A stretch of DNA of 64,000 nucleotides from Pelagomonas calceolata (taxonomy: Eukaryota): contig CAKKNE010000004.1 in the NCBI GenBank assembly GCA_918797485.1, positions 3,596,001 to 3,660,000 on the forward strand, in the 5' to 3' direction. The notes under the pieces are model-generated. The model searched no databases. It worked only from the letters and a program-made list of their open reading frames with translations, and was not told the origin of the DNA. This document shows positions 11,498 through 22,955 of this stretch, one piece after another. Each line of letters opens with the position of its first letter. Position 1 is the stretch's first letter. The position numbers were made by a program, and so were the translations under genes.

Positions 11498-12180
11498 ATG
11501 AGCTACCTGGACCGCTACAAAAGCACCACGGCGGCGGACCGACCACCGCCGCCGCCGACGCCATCAACGAACGCGACGCCGCCCCCGACGCCGCAGTACG
11601 GCGACCGCCGCGTCGCGCGCGCGGCGGACGCGGCGAGAATCCGCGCCCACAACAGAATCATGAGGCGGCGACTCGCGGCGACGAAGCCGCAGATTATTCA
11701 TAGGCACTCGGAAATAGTCATCGTCGCGCGGCGCGAGGCGCGGGCCCGCCACATCGACGCGCGCGAGCGGCGACGGGCGGACCTGCGGCGGAGCGAGCGG
11801 GAATCGAGGCGGCAGCGCCGGTCCGCGTCTCCTGCAGTGCATAAATCAAATCGTCGCGGCGCGTCTCCGCCACTGCTGCATCGCCGAGACTCACTGGTTG
11901 ATTTGTGCACAGGTCGCCGGTGCGCGCCGAGCGGAGGCTCCGGCCGGGGACGGCTGCCGCACGCGTTGCGCTGGCGGCGCGGCGTGAGGAGGATCGGGCG
12001 GCGCGGAGGATCGAGCTGCGCCGGCGGAACGCCGAGCAGGCGCGCCGCCACCGCGGCGCGGCGAGTCGGTGCGACACGCGGCTGTCGACGCCCGTTGAAC
12101 AGAGGCGGCGCCATCTACGACGACCGCCGGACCCGGATCTGGTGGCGGAGCTCGCGCGGGTCCTGGCGGGCCAGCTTTGA
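11498..12180 (+). CDS. Basic coiled-coil protein, possibly CFAP97/Hemingway-like; exons 11498-11826 and 11913-12180
   Basis: Two similar segments, RIRAHNRIMRRRLAATKPQI and ELRRRNAEQARRHRGAASRCD, join in frame after intron removal. Confidence 0.55.
11827..11920 (+). mobile_element. Introner-type intron (GT-AG, 11827-11912); element 11835-11912, TSD gtctcctg/gtcgccgg
   Basis: Ends cagtgcataaatcaa...ttgatttgtgcacag; shares actcactggttgattt with the 2678 element; TSD matches 6/8. Confidence 0.8.
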
Positions 12181-12382
12181 CGCCGCGCGGAGCGAAAACC
12201 CTCCTCGCGCGGCGCCAGCGTGGATGGGTGCTTTCACCCTAACGGCACGCCATCGGCGCGGCGCGGCGATTCGGCGCGGCGATGGCGTGGAGCTGCACGC
12301 AGCGGGGGGACTGTAAGATGTGCACTTTTAGTAGGAGACCCTTGGCGGCCTCGAGGGGGGAGGGGGGAAGGGCACAAATAAC

Positions 12383-13048
12383 TCAGACGCGCTTCATGGG
12401 CTCGGCGCCCTCGACGCCGTCCGCGGCCGGCGGCGCGCCGCGGCGGTCGAAGGTCGTGAGGACGGAGTTGACGGCCGTCATGTAGGCCTGGGCGTCCATG
12501 GGCTGCGGGAAGGAGAAGGTCTTGGAGCAGGGGTTGCCCGTGACGGGGCCGCAGAGGCCGCACGAGTTCATGAGGAAGTTGACCTCGTTCGGGATGCAGC
12601 AGCAGGGGAAGGGCACCTTCGGCGTGGCGACGGAGACCCACTCCTCGGAGCAGCATTTCATGCAGCAGCACATGCAGCCCGAGTCGACGATGCGGACCTC
12701 CTGGCGGCCGGCGCAGCAGTTCTCGCAGCAGCCGTCGGCGCAGCAGACGGCGTAGGGCGGGCGGTCGAAGTAGGTCACCGCGATGTGGTCCCACTCGATG
12801 CCGCACATGCCGCAGCACGGGCTGATGGCGAAGTTGCTCTCGATCGAGTTCTCGCGCACGTAGAGGTACGACCGCTCCAAATCGAAGCGCGAGCAGCAGT
12901 AGAGGCAGGCCTGGCAGTTGCCGCAGCAGTTCAGGGGCTTGACCTCGGCGTTCATGATCATCTGGATCTGGCGCGGGTCCTTGAGGCCCACGGCGCCGGA
13001 CATGTCCGTCACGCGGTCCGTGTAGCCGCCCTGGCGCACCTCGGCCAT
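12383..13048 (-). CDS. Cysteine-rich protein of unknown function
   Basis: 221-aa ORF with strong GC3 codon bias and many CC pairs. Confidence 0.75.
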   Translation of the reverse strand: MAEVRQGGYTDRVTDMSGAVGLKDPRQIQMIMNAEVKPLNCCGNCQACLYCCSRFDLERSYLYVRENSIESNFAISPCCGMCGIEWDHIAVTYFDRPPYAVCCADGCCENCCAGRQEVRIVDSGCMCCCMKCCSEEWVSVATPKVPFPCCCIPNEVNFLMNSCGLCGPVTGNPCSKTFSFPQPMDAQAYMTAVNSVLTTFDRRGAPPAADGVEGAEPMKRV

Positions 13049-13385
13049 GGTTGCGAGTGTTGTTGTGTGCGCGGGGCTGCCCCTTTAGCTACTTCGTGGG
13101 GTTTTGTGCTATCCTTCGCTGTGACGGCGATGAATAGGCTTCGATATGCCAAGGATGTAAATGGAACAGCTCGATGATGAGAAATTCCCGTTGGGGGAAA
13201 TTCCCCCCGCGCGATGCAGTCCGTGGCACGCGCGAGATACCTCGGCGGACGGTTCTGACGGCCGCGGGGTCGCGAGCTACGCGTCACGGTAGGGAGCCCA
13301 GGCGCGCGCGCGCGACCGGAGCATCTACGCGTCGACGGCGCCTCGTGGGAGCAGAAAGACAACTATAAACAAGCGCCCAAGCGAC

Positions 13386-14258
13386 CTAGTCGTCCGCCGG
13401 CGCGCGCGCCTTCTTCCATAGGCACAGAAACGGCGACGCCGGCGGCGGCGGGCGCCCGTTCACACCATCGACCCAGGCTTCGATGGACGCGAAGCCCGCT
13501 TCTTGACTAAGGCGCTCCTCGTCGCCCTCGACCCAGCGCCGCCGCCGCCGGCCGCCCAGCTTCTTCTGGAGCGCGGCCGCGAGGCGCTTGTTGTAGACGA
13601 TGTCTGTCGAAGAGCACCACTCCTGGTGCGTGAGCGTCGCGACGTTGTCGTAGACGCAGACGCGGAGGACGGGCGAGAAGCGCAGGACTTTCACGCGCGG
13701 CTTTTGGGGCGGCGCCGGCCGCGCGTTCACGATCGATAACATCGCGCTCCGATATACATCCACCGCTACACTTTCCTGCTCCTCTTCGTCGGGCGCCGGC
13801 GCTATTTTCGACCCCGTTTCGATCTTTTTCCGGACCTCGCTTTCAATATCAATCGCAACCTCCGCGGCCTGCTTGCGCGGCGGCATGCGTGCAAGGCGCT
13901 CGTTCATTTCCAAAGTCTTCTCGAGCGCGTGATACAGGACTTCGGAGACGTGGAAGTGGTCGCCCCGCCCTAGGGACTTGCGGACGGCTTCCACTTCGCC
14001 CGTCTCCCTCTCCCGCTCGCCGAAGAGCAGGGCGTAGGTGCTTTTCAATTCGTTCATCGCAGTCTCGGCCTTGTGCTTCAGGCGCCTTATTAAAGGCTGG
14101 CTTCGCAGTAGAGCCTGCCGCGCGGCGTCTTCGGCGCGCCAGACGATCGACGACTCTTCCCTGACTTCGTCGTCCCGTTTGGCGCGCAGCTCGCTTGGGA
14201 TCGGGCGCGGCTTGGTCCTCAGCGCGGGCTTGGTCGGTGGCGGGGCTTGTGCGCCCAT
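13386..14258 (-). CDS. Hypothetical protein
   Basis: 290-aa ORF with natural composition; no family recognised. Confidence 0.6.
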   Translation of the reverse strand: MGAQAPPPTKPALRTKPRPIPSELRAKRDDEVREESSIVWRAEDAARQALLRSQPLIRRLKHKAETAMNELKSTYALLFGERERETGEVEAVRKSLGRGDHFHVSEVLYHALEKTLEMNERLARMPPRKQAAEVAIDIESEVRKKIETGSKIAPAPDEEEQESVAVDVYRSAMLSIVNARPAPPQKPRVKVLRFSPVLRVCVYDNVATLTHQEWCSSTDIVYNKRLAAALQKKLGGRRRRRWVEGDEERLSQEAGFASIEAWVDGVNGRPPPPASPFLCLWKKARAPADD

Positions 14259-14744
14259 TATGCCTCAGGAGGCACAGGTGCCGAGGCGCTGCCCCGCGGC
14301 GCGCTCTTTCGTGCAGTGGATATGGTGGGTAGGCTGCGGCCTTGGGGCGCGGTCGCGGTGCGCCGGCGGTGCGCCGGCGGCGTGTTACAGCGAGGTGGTC
14401 CGAAGGGGCAGCAGAGTTGTGAGGGTGCTGGTGTCGTATCGGGTCGTGTTTCCTTGAGGTGTCTCTACTCGTCGGGAGTCCTCTTTCGACGATTGCTTGC
14501 CTTGGTCACGTATATTTCGTTTTCCCTAGTGTCTTACTGCCGCTACCCACTCGATTTTTATGGTCCATGCTTTTTTTTTGGCATGCTGCTGCACATGCTG
14601 GCCCAACGGTGTTGCTAGAATCGTGAAAGCATCTGTGTGCCCAGCTCCGCAGCTTCAAATCGCGTACGAAACCCTTACTGTCAATCTCTGCAGCCCTGCC
14701 AAAAACAGCAGCATCTGTGTGCTCCTCACAGCGGTGCAAAAAAC

Positions 14745-15269
14745 ATGGGCGCCACCCAGAGCACCCGACCAAAAGTCCTCGTCTACGGCGCGCCGCACGC
14801 CGGCACGAAGTCGCTCGTCAAAGCGCTGGGCGACGCCGAGTTCGAACTGTTCACGAGCGACGACGGCGCCGACGCCGACGCTGTTGTTTATGTGGTGGAT
14901 GCCAACCAGCCGACGCAGTGGACGGTGCCGATCGAGCTGCTCCACAGCGTGAACCTCAAGCTCGGGCGCACCGTGCCGCTTTGCGTCGTCGTGAACAAGC
15001 GCGACGTACCGGGGTCGGCGCCCGCGCAGCAAGTTCTGCCCCAGCTCGCGGCCGCCGCGTCGAAGGTCGACGCCTGCGCCGCCGTGGGCGGCAGGGTTTG
15101 GCGCGTCGTCGAGGCGAGCGCCGTCACGGGCGACATCGGCGTCGCGGCGCTGAAGCGCGTCCTGCGGCACCTCTGCGACATGTCCGACGTGAGCGCAAGC
15201 ATCCTCGCGCCGCGGTCGAGCGGGGGCGTGGCGGGCGAGGCCTGCGGCGCGAGCGCGTCGCTGCCCTAG
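14745..15269 (+). CDS. Divergent ARF/ARL-like small GTPase
   Basis: MGATQS myristoylation-type start, VLVYGAPHAGTKS, AVVYVVDA, VVVNKRD, EASAVTG. Confidence 0.7.
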   Translation: MGATQSTRPKVLVYGAPHAGTKSLVKALGDAEFELFTSDDGADADAVVYVVDANQPTQWTVPIELLHSVNLKLGRTVPLCVVVNKRDVPGSAPAQQVLPQLAAAASKVDACAAVGGRVWRVVEASAVTGDIGVAALKRVLRHLCDMSDVSASILAPRSSGGVAGEACGASASLP

Positions 15270-15433
15270 CTTTCTGTTTGTGTGTGTGTTCGTTTGGTGC
15301 CGCGGCTGCCGCGCGGCGGTGGGGCGGATTTCAGGTCCTTGTCCAGGGACTTGTGTTCGCTTGGCGCCGGCGCGCGTCGCGACAAGGCAGACGCCGTCGC
15401 CGCGACGCACGAATTAACTATGTGTCTGTTACC

Positions 15434-17354
15434 CTAGGACATCCAGCGGTCGTCCTGGAGGCGGTAGCGGTCCCTAATATCGGCATCAAGAGCGAGCGGC
15501 TGGCCGGCCTTGACATCCAACGAAGCCAGAGAGGAGAGCACGGGCAAGGCCGCCTTCGCCAGTTCCACTAAAGACGCGGAGCCCGCCGGCTGCAGCAAAG
15601 CTTCCAGAGGAGTGTTAGGAGGCGGCGCATACGTGACCTGCAACACTTCAGCACCCGCCTCAAACAAGTCGAGCTTGACATCATCGAAGGTCCGCAACTC
15701 ATCACAAAGGTGCCTATCTAAGGCATCTTGCCCGAACCACGTCTCGCCCGTCGCGACCTTTTCAATGTCCAGAGATGGCCGTTGCCCCTTCACAAATTTT
15801 TTGAACAATGAAAAGATCTCCTTGATGTCGGCCTCGGTCTTCGCGAGGTCTTCTTTAGTCACTTTTTTCGTAGGGGTCACGGTCCGCTTGAAATCCCCAG
15901 CAGTAACCGTCTGGAACTCGATGCCCTCCTGTTTTAACCTCTCATACGCATTAGGAATGTCCGTGATGACGCCAATGCTCCCAAGCACGGCGAAGGGCGA
16001 CGCGATGATGCGATCGCCGCAGCACGCCATCATGTAGCCTCCGGAAGCTGCAACTTGTTCTACACACACCGTTAATTTGAGTCCGGCGTCCTTCAATCTC
16101 AACAGTTGGGCAGCCGCGAGGCCGTAGCCCGTCACGGTGCCACCGCCCGTCGTCAGCTTGAGGACGACCTCGTCGCCTCGCGAAGCATCAGCGGTCTTCA
16201 ACACTGCGGTCACTTCTTCCCTCAAATTTGCCGTTTGGGAGGCTGCTGGATCACCATCAAACTGTAAAACATACGCTCTTTTCGCTTCCGTGGAGTTGCG
16301 CAGGAAGGATAATGCGTCACTCAAGCTTCCTTCGAGCGTGCCGTCGCGCCCTTCACTTGCTAATTGCCCTAGTCTCCTTCTAGCTACGTCGTCCGGCAGG
16401 TGCGAAGCCACAACTCCCAAATAGTCGAGCTCGGCGACTTGTTGTTCTTTGGTCGCGTCCGCTAAGGCATTTAAAGCGTCGTCGCGGTTCGACTTCGGGG
16501 AGCCGCCGAAGGGCATGAGCTTCTTGACCTTGGCGCCGAGGCCGCTTTCTTCGATGACTGCCGTGGCGTTCTCGGCCGACGTCGCGTTCGTCGCCGCCGC
16601 GAGGCCGCGGAGCGTCGCCCGCGCGACGAGCACGTTCTTCCGGGCTTCCGTGGACTTCTTGAGGTAGTCTCTTTCAGCGTCGGCGACGGCGTCGAGGGCT
16701 GCGCGGGGCGCCGCGTCGATGGCGTATGCGTCGGGACGCCGTCGCCGCGACACGTTGAAGACAAAAAAACACTGGCCGCGGACCGTCGTCCGACAACCCC
16801 GCCAACCCGAGCTCGTCCCCAAAGGCCTTGCCTAATCTACGGTTGCGCCGCGCTTTACGCGCCGCGTACCGTCCCGCCGACGCACTCTCCAGCGAGAACT
16901 CGAAGGACTCGAGCCGTTCGTTCAATCTCTCGACCTTGAGGTACTGGGGCGCTTTGGGTCGGTTCGGCGCCCGGCGCGGCTTCTTCCGCCCGAAGGGCAG
17001 TCCTGGAGGTTGTGGTTGTTCATCTTCAAGGGCGAACTCGTCGCCGAAGGCCCCGCCCTCCAACTGTGACTTTCGGTCCTCGTCGTCTCCGCCAAAAATG
17101 GCATCTGCTAAAGGAAAGACGACCAACGCCACGACGAACGCCGGCACGCCCCACGCTATTAATGTTTTCACCGTGAACAAGGACAGGTCGCCGGCGACCT
17201 GGCCCGTGCCCGCCGGCAGCGACGGCACCCAGCCCGGCAAGCTCGGTAACGCCTGGACGGATGTTTGTCGCTGCGGTTTCGTGACGTGTAGGGGGCGCGT
17301 CGGCGGCGCGAAGGCGCTGCTCGTTTGTAGCGCTGCGAGGAGGAGGACTCTCAT
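15434..17354 (-). CDS. S49 peptidase (SppA/SohB-like), plastid-targeted; intron 16699-16783 (GT-AG)
   Basis: ASAFAP-type motif (TSSAFAPP); LTTGGGTVTGYGLAA, VAASGGYMMAC, GSIGV, ATGETWFG; splicing gives LSDD-ALDAV. Confidence 0.88.
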
Positions 17355-17643
17355 GGTCTCTGCTGACTAGGGAGAGCAACTTGTGTTGTCTGCGGTTTTT
17401 CGGTTCGTCGCTTCGAAATTCGTCGCTGTCTCGAGTGGTTCTTGCCGTGTTGTTGATGACAAGTGCAATGACAGCCTCGCGCGTGCGACACGGCAGAGCC
17501 AGCGAGGGGGTCGGCTGCCACAGGCAGAGGCCGAGGGCTCGGGCCGCGCAGCACTCTACTAGGAATCGCCACCGTGCACTACTCATGTACGTGAATTCAA
17601 TTTACACAGTCGACTTCCGGCGAAGTCCCTTGAAATCACGACC

Positions 17644-18160
17644 CTAGACCGTGATGCCGCCCTCGCGCACGCCGTCGACGAGCGCCTTCACGCGGCCGTG
17701 GAAGAGGTACTTGTGGCTGCCCGAGAAGCGGTCGAAGTAGAGTTTGTCGAGGCCCTTGGCCTTGGCGCGCTCGGCCAGGAGCGCGCCGACGCGGCCCGCC
17801 GCGGACCGGTCGTTCCCCTTGGGGTTCTCCGATTTGATGCTCTCGTCGAGCGTCGACGCCGCGCAGACGGTGTTACCCTCCTTATCGTCGATGACCTGGG
17901 CGTAGATGTGGTTGTTCGACCGGAACACGTTCAGGCGCAACCGGCCCTTGTCCTGCGGGGGAGAAGCATGTCAGCCGCAGTTTCGCGGGCAAAGAATGGT
18001 GGGCGCTGTCGCGCACCTGGTTGGCGATGCGCTTTCGTCGGATGCGGTACGCGATTTGGCTCCCGCTGGCCGCTAAAGCCGTCGCTTGTTTGGGTGCTGC
18101 TGGCGCCACGAAGCCGCTAGCCGCGACGGCTAAAATTGCGAGGGTCACTCCGCGAAGCAT
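17644..18160 (-). CDS. rpl18: Nucleus-encoded plastid ribosomal protein uL18; intron 17953-18016
   Basis: Signal peptide plus SGFVAP; RLNVFRSNNHIYAQVIDD..FDR..HGRVKALVDGVREGG; canonical GT-AG intron with gctgac branch point. Confidence 0.92.
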
Positions 18161-18439
18161 GATATTGCTCTAAGCCGACGGCAGTTTGCGCCGCGCGCCC
18201 TCCGCGGCCGCGTTTGTTGCCGTCGCTATGCGATTGCAGTCGACGCACTGAAGGGAGAGCACCCGCCGGACGCGTCCGATGGTACATGGGTAGAGCGCCT
18301 AGGAGTAGCAGGGGTCCCGAGTCGCCCCGGGTCCGTCCAAGCGCCGGAGTCGACCCTCGCGGCGCGCGGCCGCGCGGTACTGGTCCTGTGCGGTCCTGTA
18401 GCCGCCTTTGCCGACCGAGAGATAAAAACACATAGATAC

Positions 18440-19624
18440 TTACACCTCCCCCGCCCGCCGCAACCGCCTCTCATACTCCTCGACGACTTTCGGCGGCCGC
18501 GTCGCCGAGAGGTTCAGCATCCACTCGTACCTCACGTCCCCGGCGAGCTCCGCCGTGATGCACTTCGCGGCTTCCGGCGACGTCCGGCCCGCGAGCGACC
18601 GGTCGCGCCGCGACGTCCGCTGGTGCTTGGAGAGCGTCGGCTGGCAGCGGCACCGCGTTTCGCACCCTAGAGCCGTCGTGGTCTTCTTGATGGTGCCGCA
18701 GAGGTCCCCGGTGACAGCCTCGAACGAAAACCTCAAAAGCTTGAGCCCGTTCGCGCGCGCCGCCCGCAGGCCGCGGTCGTACAAGTCGCGCTCCGTCTCG
18801 AAGTGGCGCTTGAGCGCGCCGGGCGCGTGGCAGAAGTCCTCGGACGCCCGCTGCTTGAGCTTGGCCTCGCGCCTGCGTCGGACGGAAACGTCGCGAAACC
18901 GCCGCGGTAGACTCTCGTGCGGCCGCGTCGACGGCGTCGAGGCGGCGCCACATCGCGTCGACGTCTGCATGAAGACCACATCAGTGAAGCTCATTTCCCA
19001 CTGTCATCCTCACACCGAAGACGTCTAGGCGTCGACGCGGGCCATCCCGAAAGCCATCGACGCGACGCGGGCCCAGCTTCACGCCATCGACGCGCCGTGT
19101 CGAAGAAGAAGGAACGGACACTGAGCCACTCGCCGCCGCGCCGCCAGCGTCCCGGAGTCCTCCCGCTTCAGCCCCGCATATCTATGAATCTCAAACGAGC
19201 TCACGGCGCGCGCGAGCGCGTTGTGGCGGTAGACCGCCACGACGACCTCGAAGCCGGCGCCCCGCGCGGCCGCAAACAAGTCCTCGGGCGAGCGCACGTC
19301 TGTCCTAGAAGAATTGCGCACGTGGCTCGGTTTTATGTGGGTCAGCAGTTGCCCGTCCTTGCCGCACCGTTCGAGGCGCTTCTTTCGCAATAACACACCG
19401 GACGCGTGCTTCGTGTTGAAGCCCTCCTTCATGTGCCGACAAAAGTTCATTCGTGCCGACCGCCGCAGGGTCAGGCAGTACGTGTCCGTTGCCGATCGGC
19501 CGTGCGCCCAGAGAATAACTCCTCGTTTCACGAGCGTGTTGTGGCTGATCGTCGGGGCGCTTCCGGCGCGGTACACATGCTTGCCGGCCTCGGCCACCAC
19601 GACCAGCACGACGCTCCAACGCAT
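18440..19624 (-). CDS. Sulfotransferase-like (Stf0/P-loop) secreted protein; probable intron 18873-19133
   Basis: ILWAHGRSAT, VYRHNALARAVS, LLRFSFEAV; a GC(gcgagt)-AG intron joins LAARR to REAKLK. Confidence 0.55.
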
Positions 19625-19960
19625 CGGTCAGCGGGCTGCCATCACGTCGATGGCGTTTGGGCGGTGCTACCCGTTCAGGGCAGCCTTTTCAGCAGGTGTG
19701 TGCAGAGCTAGCGGGCCGCCATTACGTCGCGTCGATGATATCTGGGGGGTGCTACCCGGTTCAGTGCATTCAGGGCAAAGCCAAAGTCATTAATTAGCTA
19801 GCGTATTGACGCACTAAATTTTGCTAAACTCGACGTCAAAACCGCAGCAACGGGCGTTGCAGTGCACGCGGTCGTGTGATTCGGGCACAGGCGTGCAACC
19901 CTGCGCTGCCAGCAACAATTCCGAGCAGCGACTGCGCGAGGACAGCTGTGCCAAGGCTGG

Positions 19961-20920
19961 ATGCTGAGGCGGAGCCTCGCGGCGATGTTAGTGGCGAGGC
20001 GCTGCGTGAGCCTCGCTGCAAAACATAGAGTAGTCGTCGTGGGAGGCACGCACGGCAACGAGTACACGGGCGTCTGGCTCGAGAAGGCGTTGAGAGATAA
20101 AAGCGAGACGATAGTGGGCAACCCAGCTGCTGTGGAGGCGAACCGGCGGTTTTTAGATGAGGATCTGAATCGATGCTTTTTACGATCCAAACTCGACGCG
20201 CCGCCTGAAACGAGGGAGGCACTGAGAGCAAGGGAAGTCGACGCCGCCCTGGGTCCGAAGGGATCCGATGATGCCGCGGACCTAGTGATCGACCTCCACA
20301 CCACAACAGCAAACATGGGCGTGACGATGATTTGTGATGCGTGGTGCCCCTTCGCGCTGCGAGCCGCTGTGTATGTCAAGCAGCAACTCGACGACCAACT
20401 GCTGCTCGGCCAAGACGTCAAGATCATGTTTAACGACGAGAAGGACAAGGAGAACGCGCCTTATCTAGCTTCCGTCGGCAAGGCGGGCTTGCAGATCGAG
20501 GTCGGCCCGACGCCGCAGGGCGTGGTCCGGTGGGACGTCGTCGATGCGACCAAAAGAGCCTTAGATGCGGTCTTAGAATTATGGAATAAAGAGTGCCAGG
20601 GCGAGTGCGTCGACCTACCGGCTGAAATCGATGTTTATTCGGTCGCGGAGGGCTTCACGAAGCTGAGCTGGCCGGTGGACGATGATGGTTTTCCGGCCGC
20701 GGTGCCGCACGAGTCGATCCAAGATCGGGACTGGTCCACCCTAAGAAAGGGCGACCCGCTCTGGAGGGATAGGGACGGCGAAACTGTGGTTTATGACGGC
20801 TCGTTTGGAGATGAAATTGTCCCCATCTTTGTCAATGAAGGCGGCTACTACTACGCGTCGTCGGGCCGGGGCATCGGCGTCGCGCAGAAGCGGCGCGTCG
20901 CCGTGCCGCCGGCGCCGTGA
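19961..20920 (+). CDS. Aspartoacylase (AstE/AspA family)
   Basis: GGTHGNE, NRRFLDEDLNRCF, DLHTTTANMG, EVGPTPQG, PIFVNEGGYY. Confidence 0.9.
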   Translation: MLRRSLAAMLVARRCVSLAAKHRVVVVGGTHGNEYTGVWLEKALRDKSETIVGNPAAVEANRRFLDEDLNRCFLRSKLDAPPETREALRAREVDAALGPKGSDDAADLVIDLHTTTANMGVTMICDAWCPFALRAAVYVKQQLDDQLLLGQDVKIMFNDEKDKENAPYLASVGKAGLQIEVGPTPQGVVRWDVVDATKRALDAVLELWNKECQGECVDLPAEIDVYSVAEGFTKLSWPVDDDGFPAAVPHESIQDRDWSTLRKGDPLWRDRDGETVVYDGSFGDEIVPIFVNEGGYYYASSGRGIGVAQKRRVAVPPAP

Positions 20921-20986
20921 TCTATATGCTTGGGGCGCAACGCCTGTGAGGGCGGAGCGCGTAATTAGGAATACCACAAAACTAGT

Positions 20987-22897
20987 TTACGCGAACGGAT
21001 TGCCCGCGACGTGCGGCTGCCGACCAGAATCAAAAGGATTGCTGCCGCGCGGCGACTGCTGTTCCGCCTGGAGCCGCCGCGCGAAGGCCAGGTCCGGGTC
21101 TTCCTCGACGGGACCGCCATTATCCAAAATCCAGTTCACGACCGCGTCGACGTTGCGCCGCCCCGCGGCGACGGCTTTCATGGCGTCGTGCTCGCCGAAG
21201 CCCATGGCCACGACGTTCTGGATGAGGTCCTCGCACGACGCCGCGTCCGGCTCCTGGGATACCGGCGGCGATATCAATGGAGACCCGGGCATGAACGGGT
21301 TCGTGGAGGGCGCCGCCGACCGCCGCAGCCTCAGCGACACGGCCGCGTCCGCGCGGCGCTGGCGCAGTTTCGCGACGACGTCCTCGGTCGTTTGTACAAA
21401 TTCGTCGCCCACACTTAATAGGACGTCGCCGGGCCGAACTTGGGGAGAGCAGACCGAGTCCGGCGCGAGCGCCGCGACCTCCACCGTGCCGGCGCCGTTC
21501 CGCAATTCCAAACCTAAACCCCGCTGGAGGTCGACGGGCACCGTGACCACGAAGTCATCGTTTGTATCTGGTAATTGCAGGGGCGGGGGCCGCGGCGGCG
21601 GCGGCGGCGATGAGGGAGGCGGCAGCTCCGCCTCATAAGTTTGCGGAGCCAACCCAGGGGGCCGCGGCAGCGGCATCGTTTTTGTCTGAGCCAGGGTGTG
21701 CGACGTGTGCGAGATCTTCGGACCAAGGTCGCGCCGCGCGCCGCTCGGCCGCGCGACCAAATCGCCGGCGAGGCCCACGATATCAAAGTCCGTCGCCCGC
21801 GTCTCGGCGCCGCGCTTGACGAAAGCTTTGACGGCGCGCGGCGGCGCGTCTTTAACGGCGAGCGCGGCGCGGCGCTTTGATGCCGCGTCGCTAATCACGT
21901 CGCGCCACGCCGCGGCCGCCTCGGCGCTCTCCGCCCCCAATACAAAGCTTTTTTGCGCGGACACTATGAGTAATTCCCAGGGCGCCAGGCCGCGCGCGTC
22001 GCCGGCGCCGCCCCGCGACTCCGTCGCCGACCGGCAGCAGTAGACATTTTCCAGTTTCAGCGTGCGGTGCAGCACGTAGCGCTCCTCTTTACCAGGGGAC
22101 TCCGGCGCCGCGCCCATTTTCTGAAGGGCCCGATCCTTCATGTTCGCGTCGCCGTAGCACAACCGGTCGTCGAAGAGCGCGGCGTACGCGTCGACGGGCC
22201 CGTGCTTCGTGATGCGTAAGAGGGGCCCGTCCCGGACCGCGTTCAGCGCGCCCCAGGCCTCGGTCTCTGCACATTTCTTGAAATTCGCCGCGGCGCGCGA
22301 CGTCGAGGCGCGCCGCGCGTGCTCCCTTTCGACGTTCTCGTCGACGGCTTTCGCCACGCGCTTCGCACATTCTAACGCTCGGCACGCGTTCGTCGCATCC
22401 GCGTTTGCTTTCTCGAGGCGCTTGCCCAGCTCGCCCAACAGCAAGACGTAGCGCGGCGGCCGCTGCACGGGCATGATGGCCAGTGAAGCTAGAGTCAAGT
22501 GCCGTTGATTCGCCGGCTGCAGCTCGCACGCGCGCGCGAAGGCGTCCAGGGCGACCGAAGAAGAACGCATCGCCGCCAAATCCTGCCAGGCGCGCGCATA
22601 TCCTAATGCGTACGCTCCATAACTTCTGGCAAGCTGCGTCTCGTGGCGCTCGAAGCACTCGGCCCACGTCGCCGTCGCGCCGGCCTCGCGCAGTTCCGCC
22701 GCGAATTCGCCGCAGGATGCGCAGACCTCATCCAATGGACCGAAGAGCCGCTCGAGCGTCTGTTCCAAGCGTGGCAACTCCGCGCTGACCTGCGGCGCCC
22801 AGGCGCGCAGCGGGCCGACGAAGACGTCGCTCAGCACTTGTAAATCGCTGGCCAGGCGGTCCTCCGTGTCCGCGAGCTCCTGGGCTGCCTTGTCCAT
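20987..22897 (-). CDS. RhoGEF (DH)-PH protein with PDZ, UBA and UIM-like C-terminus
   Basis: ELADTE, LAIMPVQRPPRYVLLL, AALFDDRLCY; GLGLEL..VRPGDVLLSVG; VAMGF..AVNWIL; DLAFARRLQ; NPF motifs. Confidence 0.85.
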   Translation of the reverse strand: MDKAAQELADTEDRLASDLQVLSDVFVGPLRAWAPQVSAELPRLEQTLERLFGPLDEVCASCGEFAAELREAGATATWAECFERHETQLARSYGAYALGYARAWQDLAAMRSSSVALDAFARACELQPANQRHLTLASLAIMPVQRPPRYVLLLGELGKRLEKANADATNACRALECAKRVAKAVDENVEREHARRASTSRAAANFKKCAETEAWGALNAVRDGPLLRITKHGPVDAYAALFDDRLCYGDANMKDRALQKMGAAPESPGKEERYVLHRTLKLENVYCCRSATESRGGAGDARGLAPWELLIVSAQKSFVLGAESAEAAAAWRDVISDAASKRRAALAVKDAPPRAVKAFVKRGAETRATDFDIVGLAGDLVARPSGARRDLGPKISHTSHTLAQTKTMPLPRPPGLAPQTYEAELPPPSSPPPPPRPPPLQLPDTNDDFVVTVPVDLQRGLGLELRNGAGTVEVAALAPDSVCSPQVRPGDVLLSVGDEFVQTTEDVVAKLRQRRADAAVSLRLRRSAAPSTNPFMPGSPLISPPVSQEPDAASCEDLIQNVVAMGFGEHDAMKAVAAGRRNVDAVVNWILDNGGPVEEDPDLAFARRLQAEQQSPRGSNPFDSGRQPHVAGNPFA

Positions 22898-22955
22898 CCT
22901 GGCAGCACGTGTACGGCTCGAAATCGCTGCGGTCTGGAGGCTGGAGCTCGAGCAT

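Noticed and set aside
19796..19820. Possible further copy of the promoter motif (gctagcgtattgacgcactaaa)
   Set aside because: Too degenerate to count, although it lies in a divergent region.
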